DNA of 64,000 nucleotides from Escherichia coli (GTDB lineage Bacteria; Pseudomonadota; Gammaproteobacteria; Enterobacterales; Enterobacteriaceae): NCBI RefSeq assembly GCF_044324875.1, contig NZ_CP172185.1; one strand, 5' to 3'. Shown piece by piece: positions 54,382 to 64,000 of this stretch (position 1 is its first letter; each line of letters starts with the position of its first letter). The notes under the pieces were generated by a model. It saw only the letters and a program-made list of their open reading frames with translations, ran no database searches and was not told where the DNA came from. The position numbers and the translations under genes were made by a program.

Positions 54382-55368
54382 TTAGAGGACGATCTCACGC
54401 TGGCAACGCAGTGATTCCAGCGCTTTATCCGCTAGGTACAGCGCACGTTCACCATCATCGCCGCTGCAATCAGGCACCGCTTCGCCGCGCAGAACCGCAA
54501 CAAAGTGCTCCCATTCCGCTGCGTAAGCGGATTTGTAGCGTTGCAGGAAGAAGTGTTCCGGCAGCGCGCTGGTGCAACCCTGTTTGCCGTAGTGCTGCAC
54601 CTGGTTTTCAAGGATATTGCCCGCGCACAGCAGCCCTTCGGAACCGTGTAGCTCCAGGCGCTGGTCGTAGCCGTATGAAGAGCGGCGACTGTTGACGATG
54701 GTCGCCATCGCGCCGGAGGCATATTTCAGAACGATAAATGCGGTGTCGATATCTCCCGCTCCGCCAATCGCCGGCTCCACCAGATTGCTGCCCTGTGCAT
54801 ACACCGACACCGGCTCTTCACCCATGATGAAGCGTGCCATGTCAAAGTCGTGGATGGTCATATCACGGAACATGCCGCCGGAAACACGCACGTACTCCGC
54901 AGGCGGTGGAGACGGATCGCGGGAGATGATCAGCAGTGATTCCGGTTTGCCGATACGCCCGGCCTGAGTGTCGGTTTTCACGCGACGGAACTGTGGGTCA
55001 AAGCGGCGGTTAAAACCGATAAACAGCGGTACGTCATACTCTTTGACCACTTTCAGGCAGTCGCGTACGCGGGCAAGATCAAGGTGTACCGGTTTTTCAC
55101 AGAAAATGGCTTTGCCGTAACGGGCGGCCATTTCAATCAGATCCGCGTGGGTGTCGGTCGCGGAGGCGATCAATACGGCATGAACGTTCGGATCGGTCAT
55201 CGCCTCATCCAGGCTCTGCTGGCGCGCCTGATACTGTGTCGCGAGACGCGTGGCGAACTCCTGATTCGGGTCTACCACAGACCAGAGCGTGGTCGCACTA
55301 TGGCTGGCGATGTTAGCTGCATGTACCTGGCCAATTCGGCCAGCGCCCAGTAAAGCAATGTTAAACAT
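54382..55368 (-). CDS. Second Gfo/Idh/MocA-family oxidoreductase (inositol dehydrogenase paralogue)
   Basis: N-terminal LLGAGRIGQVHA Rossmann motif; 328 aa. Confidence 0.75.
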   Translation of the reverse strand: MFNIALLGAGRIGQVHAANIASHSATTLWSVVDPNQEFATRLATQYQARQQSLDEAMTDPNVHAVLIASATDTHADLIEMAARYGKAIFCEKPVHLDLARVRDCLKVVKEYDVPLFIGFNRRFDPQFRRVKTDTQAGRIGKPESLLIISRDPSPPPAEYVRVSGGMFRDMTIHDFDMARFIMGEEPVSVYAQGSNLVEPAIGGAGDIDTAFIVLKYASGAMATIVNSRRSSYGYDQRLELHGSEGLLCAGNILENQVQHYGKQGCTSALPEHFFLQRYKSAYAAEWEHFVAVLRGEAVPDCSGDDGERALYLADKALESLRCQREIVL

Positions 55369-55570
55369 AACGGCTCCCGGTGTTGATGAATGCGGTGAAC
55401 TAACGACACTACAAATAAAACATTTATTTCATTTTTATAAATAGTGAAAATTATATTTTGAGTGCCAGTTAACACTTTTGAGATGTATTAGATAAATTTT
55501 GTTATCAATCTCACAACGCCGAGGAAGATATGTCCCTCCATTACAAGGGGGGGAGGGAATAAAAACTGTA

Positions 55571-55602
55571 CCATCCCCTCTCCCGTTGGGAGAGGGGATG
55601 GG
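55571..55602 (-). terminator. Perfect 14-bp stem hairpin after iolD (putative intrinsic terminator)
   Basis: CCATCCCCTCTCCC-GTT-GGGAGAGGGGATGG; on the coding (minus) strand it is followed by a T-rich run. Confidence 0.55.
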
Positions 55603-55652
55603 TGAGGGGAAAAAAGAAAAATGAAATGAAAATTTCGTTACGACAGGAAAAC

Positions 55653-57578
55653 TCAATACTGACGAGCTTTTTTCACCTGAGCCTGTGTTTGCTCGGCGGC
55701 CTGGCGCACTGCTGGCGACTCTGCCACCTGTGCGTTGCCGGTTCGCCACCATGACGCGTAATCATGGGTCATGGTTTTTGGTAGCACTTTGATGTCGAGG
55801 AGCGTCGGTCCCGGGTGAGCGCGCGAGGCTTCCAGCGCCGCCAGCAGGCTTTTCTCATTATGTACCCGCCATGCGCGGCAACCGTAGCTTTCCGCGTTTT
55901 GCGCAAAATCGACCTTCACCAACGGCCCGTCAAGCTGACCTGTTTTCGGATTACGGTAACGATTTTCTGTGCCAAAACTCCCCATTCCGTGCCCCATCTG
56001 CAGGTTATTAATGCAGCCGAAGCTGGCGTTATCAAACAGCAGAATGGTGACCTTAATTCCCTCCTGTACGGCAGTTTGCAGCTCTGAGTGCAGCATCATG
56101 TACGAACCATCGCCTACCATGGCATACACCGGCTGCTGAGGTTTTGCCAGCTTCGCACCAATAGCCGCTGCGACCTCATACCCCATGCAGGAGTAACCAT
56201 ACTCCAGATGGTAACTGTCAGGCGTTTTAACCTGCCAGAGGCGTTGCAAATCCCCTGGCAGCGATCCGGCCGCCCCCACCACAATGGCGTTATCCTCAAT
56301 ATGCTGGTTAATGAGCCCCAACACCCGCGTCTGGGTCAGGTGTGTGTTGAGCGTTTCACCGTATTCCATTAGCTGTGCATCAAGGTGCCCTGCCACTTCG
56401 GGAACGTCGTCAGGATGCCACTGGCGTTCCCACAGTCGACAGCATTCATCGTGCCAAGCGGATTTCGCATGGGCAATCGCCTCCCCCCAGCCACTACGAT
56501 AATCTTTCAGTGCGTGGGTCAACGCTGTCAGACCAGTTCGGGCATCGGCAATGAGCGCGGTGGCATCCAGCTTCAGGGAGTCAAACTCAGCCACGTTCAG
56601 CAGCAGGAACTCGACGTCGGGATGAGAAAAGAGCGCCTTAGAGCCGGTAGTAAAATCCGTCAGGCGCGTGCCGATGCCAATCACTAAGTCAGCCTGCGGC
56701 GCAAGCTGGTTGGCAGCCATTCCGCCCGTCACGCCCACCCCGCCCAGATTAAGCGGGTGGTCACTTACCAGCGCCCCCTTACCGGCCTGGGTTTCGGCAA
56801 ACGGCAATTGCAGCACTTCAACAAATTCCCGTAACGCCTCATGCGCACCGGAGTAACGCACGCCACCGCCGCACACCACCAGTGGACGGCGCTTGCGGGA
56901 AATCAATGCATGAGCCTGCGCCAGTCGCTGCGGGTCAGGCGGACGGCGTTCAATATGATGCACCCGACGCGCAAAGAAACTCAGGGGGTAATCCCAGGCC
57001 TCCCCCTGCACATCCTGAGGTAGGCAAATGGTCACCGCTCCTGTATTTGCGGGGTCAGTAAGCGTTCGCATCGCACTTAACATCGCGCTCATAAGCTGTT
57101 CAGGACGGTTGATGCGGTCCCAGTAGCGGGAAACCGGGCGGAAGCAATCGTTGGTACTGATGCTGAGATCGTGATACTGCTCGATCTGCTGCAACACGGG
57201 GTCAGGCTGGCGGCAGGCGTAGATATCCCCTGGCAGTAGCAGCAGTGGAATGCGGTTCGCCGTGGCCGTCGCTGCCGCCGTCACCATATTGGCAGCGCCA
57301 GGCCCAACGGATGAGGTGACAGCAAAAATACGCTGACGGCGATGCTGTTTGGCGAATCCCGTCGCCATATGGGCAATCCCCTGCTCGTTACAGCCTTGCA
57401 TCACCTGCAGATGACCAGGATCCTGCTCCAGCGCCTGGCCGATACCGAGCACGTTACCGTGCCCAAAGATCGTTGCCACGCCCTCCACAAAGGGCGTTTC
57501 TTTACCATCAACGCTAACATATTGTTGGTTAAGAAATCTGACCAGCGCCTGGGCCATAGTCATACGTTCGGTTTGCAT
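55653..57578 (-). CDS. iolD: 3D-(3,5/4)-trihydroxycyclohexane-1,2-dione hydrolase IolD (thiamine-diphosphate enzyme)
   Basis: 641-aa ORF with TPP-binding motif GDGSYMM...N; start may be the internal MTMAQALV. Confidence 0.8.
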   Translation of the reverse strand: MQTERMTMAQALVRFLNQQYVSVDGKETPFVEGVATIFGHGNVLGIGQALEQDPGHLQVMQGCNEQGIAHMATGFAKQHRRQRIFAVTSSVGPGAANMVTAAATATANRIPLLLLPGDIYACRQPDPVLQQIEQYHDLSISTNDCFRPVSRYWDRINRPEQLMSAMLSAMRTLTDPANTGAVTICLPQDVQGEAWDYPLSFFARRVHHIERRPPDPQRLAQAHALISRKRRPLVVCGGGVRYSGAHEALREFVEVLQLPFAETQAGKGALVSDHPLNLGGVGVTGGMAANQLAPQADLVIGIGTRLTDFTTGSKALFSHPDVEFLLLNVAEFDSLKLDATALIADARTGLTALTHALKDYRSGWGEAIAHAKSAWHDECCRLWERQWHPDDVPEVAGHLDAQLMEYGETLNTHLTQTRVLGLINQHIEDNAIVVGAAGSLPGDLQRLWQVKTPDSYHLEYGYSCMGYEVAAAIGAKLAKPQQPVYAMVGDGSYMMLHSELQTAVQEGIKVTILLFDNASFGCINNLQMGHGMGSFGTENRYRNPKTGQLDGPLVKVDFAQNAESYGCRAWRVHNEKSLLAALEASRAHPGPTLLDIKVLPKTMTHDYASWWRTGNAQVAESPAVRQAAEQTQAQVKKARQY

Positions 57579-57589
57579 AAAACCCCCTG

Positions 57590-59095
57590 TCAGCCCAGCG
57601 TCGGCATGGAGAACGCTGCACCTGTCTCCTGCTGCATTTCCGGCCAGCGTGCAGTGATGGTTTTCATTCGGGTGTAGAAACGCACGCCATCGTTCCCGTG
57701 AACATTGAGCGCGCCAAAAATGGAACGTTTCCAGCCACCGAAACAGTGGAATGCCATTGGCACCGGGATCGGCACGTTGACCCCCACCATACCCGCCTGC
57801 ACCTCTTCACAAAAGCGGCGTGCGCAGCCACCGTCACGGGTGAAAATGGCCGAGCCATTACCATATTCGTGTCGGTTAATCAGATCCACCGCGCTGGCGT
57901 AATCTGCTACGCGCACCACAGAAAGCACCGGTCCGAAAATTTCTTCTTTATAGATGGTCATCTCCGGGGTGACGTTATCGAACAGAGTCGGCCCAACGAA
58001 ATAGCCCTGCTCGTGCCCTTTCACTCTGAGGCCACGCCCGTCCACACGCAGGTTAGCCCCCTGAGCTTCGCCACTGTCGATATAGCCCAACACTTTGCTG
58101 CGGTGTGCGGCGGAGATCAGCGGCCCCATCTCGTTTTCTGGCGTCTGGTTCAGGCCAGGTCCGACGCGCAACGAAGCGATCTTTTTTTCCAGCCGGGCGC
58201 AGAGTTCATCAGCCGTTTTATCGCCAACCGCCACCACCACGGAAAGCGCCATGCAGCGTTCTCCTGCCGCACCATAAGCTGCGCCCATTATGGCGTTTGT
58301 CGCCATATCCATATCGGCATCCGGCATTAAAATGCAGTGGTTTTTCGCACCGCCGAGCGCCTGACAGCGCTTACCGTGGGCGGACGCAGTCAGGTACATG
58401 TATTCGGCAATCGGTGTTGAACCGACAAAACTGACGGCCTGCACGCGCGGGTCGGTCAGGAGCACATCAACGGATTCTTTATCGCCCTGCACCACGTTGA
58501 ATACGCCGTCCGGCAGGCCTGCCTCTTTCAGCAGTTTCGCCAGCGCGAGCGCCAGAGACGGATCTTTTTCCGACGGTTTCAGCACGAAGGTGTTGCCTGT
58601 CGCCAGAGCTATCGGGAACATCCACATTGGCACCATCGCCGGGAAGTTAAACGGCGTGATCCCGGCGCAGACCCCGAGCGGCTGCATCAGTGAGTGGCTG
58701 TCGACACCTGTGCCAACGTTCGCAGAGTGTTCGCCTTTTTGCAGATGTGGGATGCCGCAGGCGAATTCTACCACTTCCAGACCACGGGTCAGTTCACCTA
58801 CTGCATCTGAGAAGACCTTACCGTGTTCTTCACTGATAATACGGGCCAGACGCTCCATATTCTCTTCAAGCAACGCTTTGAAGCGGAACATCACACGCGC
58901 GCGCTTGAGTGGAGCAAAACGTGCCCACGCGGGAAACGCCAACTGTGCTGCGGCAATCGCCTGTTCGGTTTCCTGTGCCGTACTCATCACCACCTGGCGA
59001 ATCTGCTCGCCAGTGGCCGGGTTGAAGATCGCCTGAATGCGCTGGCCTGAACCGGTGACACATTCGCCGTGAATAAAATTCGCTACCGTCTCCAT
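57590..59095 (-). CDS. iolA: CoA-acylating methylmalonate-semialdehyde dehydrogenase IolA/MmsA
   Basis: 501-aa aldehyde dehydrogenase with catalytic Cys region (GERCMA). Confidence 0.8.
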   Translation of the reverse strand: METVANFIHGECVTGSGQRIQAIFNPATGEQIRQVVMSTAQETEQAIAAAQLAFPAWARFAPLKRARVMFRFKALLEENMERLARIISEEHGKVFSDAVGELTRGLEVVEFACGIPHLQKGEHSANVGTGVDSHSLMQPLGVCAGITPFNFPAMVPMWMFPIALATGNTFVLKPSEKDPSLALALAKLLKEAGLPDGVFNVVQGDKESVDVLLTDPRVQAVSFVGSTPIAEYMYLTASAHGKRCQALGGAKNHCILMPDADMDMATNAIMGAAYGAAGERCMALSVVVAVGDKTADELCARLEKKIASLRVGPGLNQTPENEMGPLISAAHRSKVLGYIDSGEAQGANLRVDGRGLRVKGHEQGYFVGPTLFDNVTPEMTIYKEEIFGPVLSVVRVADYASAVDLINRHEYGNGSAIFTRDGGCARRFCEEVQAGMVGVNVPIPVPMAFHCFGGWKRSIFGALNVHGNDGVRFYTRMKTITARWPEMQQETGAAFSMPTLG

Positions 59096-59385
59096 CCTTA
59101 ACCTCTCGCTGTTGATACGTGATTGTTACCTGAACGTTATGTACTGAACACTATATATGAAACAAATATTCCATTTTAAGTTGAAATAAAATAAATAATG
59201 ATTATTGTGATCAAGGATGGATTTTTATGTGAACAGCCAGCATCACTGACTCAGCCTGAGCTATTAGGAGTTTCGGGCGAGGAAATGACTGAAGCTTCTG
59301 TTTCATTTTTGCTGCCAAGTGGATGGCCAACATTTAAAAGACGCGGTTTTGCGTTTAGAATCATGAGACTGGATAGGGGGATAAC

Positions 59386-60246
59386 ATGACGACAGCAACC
59401 AGCCTGAACGAACTACAAAAGCAAATCCGCGATCGCTACGATAGCCTGAGCAAAAGGCTGCAGCAGGTCTCCCGCTATGTACTGGATAATACGAACAGTG
59501 TCGCGTTTGATACGGTTGCGGTCATAGCCGAACGTGCCGATGTTCCACCCTCTACACTGATTCGTTTTGCCAATGCCTTTGACTTCACCGGCTTCAACGA
59601 AATGAAACAGTTATTTCGTATGCACCTGGTGGAGGAAACCGCCAGCTACAGCGATCGTGCGCGACTGTTCCGCGAAATGGAGAGCGAAGCCGTACCTGAA
59701 ACGCCGCTCGATATTTTGCAGGAGTTCGCCAGTTCGAACTCGCAGGCGCTGCAGCAGTTGGCTGCCCGCGCCGAACCGGAGATGCTGGAGCACGCCGTAC
59801 AACTACTGGCCTACGCCGACACCATTTACATCGCCGGATTACGCAGATCCTTTAGCATTGCTGCTTATCTTACCTATGCTTTAAGCCACCTAGAGTGCCG
59901 CCCTATTCTGCTTGACGGGATGGGCGGCATGCTGCGCGAACAGATCAGCCGTATTAAGGCGTGCGACATTGTGGTGTCGATCAGTTTCTCGCCGTACGCG
60001 GAAGAAACGGCGATGGTCAGCAAAACCGCCGCCAGCGTCGGCGCTCGGCAGATTGTGATTACGGATAGCCAGATCAGCCCACTGGCAACGTTCAGTGATC
60101 TCTGCTTTGTGGTGAAAGAGGCTCAGGTGGACGCATTTCGGTCTCAGTCGGCAACATTGTGTCTGGTGCAGTCGTTAGTGGTCGCGCTAGCTTACCGTTT
60201 AGGAGATAAAAAACATAATAATACCCAGGAAAACAGTAACCAATAA
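59386..60246 (+). CDS. iolR: RpiR-family transcriptional regulator (HTH + SIS domain), probable iol repressor IolR
   Basis: 286-aa ORF divergent from the iol array; N-terminal HTH and C-terminal SIS-like domain. Confidence 0.75.
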   Translation: MTTATSLNELQKQIRDRYDSLSKRLQQVSRYVLDNTNSVAFDTVAVIAERADVPPSTLIRFANAFDFTGFNEMKQLFRMHLVEETASYSDRARLFREMESEAVPETPLDILQEFASSNSQALQQLAARAEPEMLEHAVQLLAYADTIYIAGLRRSFSIAAYLTYALSHLECRPILLDGMGGMLREQISRIKACDIVVSISFSPYAEETAMVSKTAASVGARQIVITDSQISPLATFSDLCFVVKEAQVDAFRSQSATLCLVQSLVVALAYRLGDKKHNNTQENSNQ

Positions 60247-60354
60247 TAACCAATGAACTCCTCCCCCGAGTCCATATAAGAGTAAATGATTCGGTGCCAG
60301 TAGCGATACAGACTTCAGATTGAATATCAACTGTACTGCTATCTCCCTAAAAGG

Positions 60355-60564
60355 TCATGCCCCATGTGAGCGTACAACGAGAGCCTTAATCCTTAATAGC
60401 GAAGAAGATTTCTCTAGTAGGTGGTAATGTAACCCAGATATAACGGCTTCTTTAAACAGTTTATTTACCATCGTTTTCTTACCTAGCAGGCGCTGAAGTT
60501 CTTTAATTTTATTCATGGCGGCAGCAAGTTCAGAGGCCGGAATACCCTTTTCTTCGGCTGTCAC
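60355..60564 (-). pseudogene. IS3-family transposase OrfA remnant
   Basis: Translation contains [23 protein letters not shown], resembling the leucine-zipper/frameshift region of IS3-family OrfA. Confidence 0.5.
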
Positions 60565-61020
60565 AGTAGTGAAGCTTCCTTCAAGGTAATGATACGCCAG
60601 AGAAATAACGGGCTGACCACCATACCATGTTGCCAGGCAATCAGGAAGACCATCATTCCTGGTTCAAAACTCTGTTGAACAGTAGCGATTTTGCGTGTGT
60701 GATGCGCAGTCTGCGTTTCTCCGATCCTGAGACATCAATCATCTGTTCTATATGAACGCATCCCGTTTGCAAGGCTTTCGTAGTTTTGACATTGACGGTA
60801 GGTTGCAGCTCTATATCCGGCCTTGTTGCAGCCATGAAGCTGCGGGCCCCTATGTAATACGCTGACTCGCGCCTTATTCTCCCAGCGAGCTTTAATCTCC
60901 AGAACAGATTCAGGTTTAGCGAGTCCCGGTCTTACCTGTCGTTGTCATCACTACGGCTGCCCACGCAACCTTTCAGCATTCACCTTTTTGTAAAGAGTTT
61001 ATGTTTATCGGTATCAGCGA

Positions 61021-61791
61021 TTAATAAGGCCTGATACTGACATGATTTTTGTCGTATTTACGTCCGTGAGCGGCTATTGCCCACACCGTTCGCGCCAGCT
61101 TGTTTGCCATTGCGACGATTGCCACGCTGGCCGGACGACGTTTTTTCAGTTCGGTTATCCACGGCCCAGGTTCTTTGGTCAGTAATGCTGCCGCCCTTGC
61201 ACCATGAATAAACAGGGTTCGCAGATATTTATCACCACGTTTGCTTATTCCCAGCAGGCGGATTTTTCCTCCTGAGCCTGTCTGTCTGGGCACCAGACCA
61301 ACATAAGCCGCGAACTCTCGCCCTGATTTAAACACTGATGCTTTCCCCATGATGGCCAACGCTGCCGTTGCAATAAGTGGCCCAACGCCAGGAATATCCA
61401 GCAACCGTCTACAGGTTTCATTCTGTCTCGCCACACTGGTAAGCTGTTTTTCTATATCATCTATCAGTGAGTCCAGTTCATTCAGCCTGTAGTACTGATT
61501 TTCCAGCACTGTAATGAGATACAGTGGCAGTCTCTCTTTCATCCGCTCCAGTGCTTCAGGGAACTCCCGTTCCATCGCTGCCCGACCTTTGTGGATGGTT
61601 TCACCAAACTCCAGTAACGTCCCGTGCAGGGCATTAATTTGCGCGGTCCGGAACTTCACCAGTTGTCTGCGGGAACGGTGCAGAACCAGTATTGACTGTT
61701 GTTCTTCTGTTTTGACGGCGATTTCTTTGCCTGGCTGCTGTACCGCCATCCAGATAGCTCGCGCATCCATCACGTCATTCTTATTGCCCAT
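61021..61791 (-). pseudogene. IS110/IS1111-family transposase, N-terminally truncated
   Basis: 256-aa ORF with the IS110-family C-terminal domain (DIPGVGPLIATAALAIMG, GLVPRQTGSGGK); the N-terminal DEDD region is missing. Confidence 0.7.
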
Positions 61792-61857
61792 GACGAATGC
61801 TTTAACGAAGCGAGCTGAACCGCCCCGGGTTTCCTGGAGAGTGTTTTATCTGTGAAC

Positions 61858-64000
<2,143 letters not shown>

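Noticed and set aside
60653-60835. 60-aa minus-strand ORF between IS fragments
   Set aside because: No RBS and no recognisable motif, and it lies in IS110-family terminal sequence; likely non-coding

Overview
Enterobacterial (Escherichia coli-like) chromosome segment, read by eye from the sequence and the ORF track; no database search was possible and all family assignments are from memory of motifs. Positions 1-26518 are a conserved core block in the gene order I recall for E. coli K-12 (reverse orientation): gsiA(partial)-iaaA-moeA-moeB-fsaA-pflE(ybiY)-pflF(ybiW)-ybiV-ybiU-[insert]-ybiT-ldtB-ybiR-mntR-mntS-opgE-ompX-rhtA-dps-glnH. Two accessory regions stand out. (1) A three-gene LacI-regulator/MFS transporter/GH31 glycosidase module sits between ybiU and ybiT (10.96-16.04 kb). 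(2) Immediately after glnH, where glnP would be expected, a large mosaic genomic island begins (26.7 kb to beyond the window end). It carries a P4-type integrase, a 351-aa orphan gene, an AT-rich three-gene operon of unknown function (EcsC-like protein, zinc-ribbon protein, 117-aa protein), an outer-membrane beta-barrel gene, an orphan sitA with Fur and MntR boxes, a frameshifted PapX/SfaX-like regulator, a complete myo-inositol catabolism (iol) cluster with an ABC importer and iolR, and many IS elements and fragments (ISAs1, IS630, IS21-family, IS66, IS3, IS110, IS100). The best candidates for an undescribed system are the three-gene operon at 30.4-31.8 kb, the orphan gene beside the integrase, and the AT-rich small-ORF region at 43-46 kb; none can be assigned a function from sequence alone. 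No CRISPR array, rRNA or tRNA gene was found.
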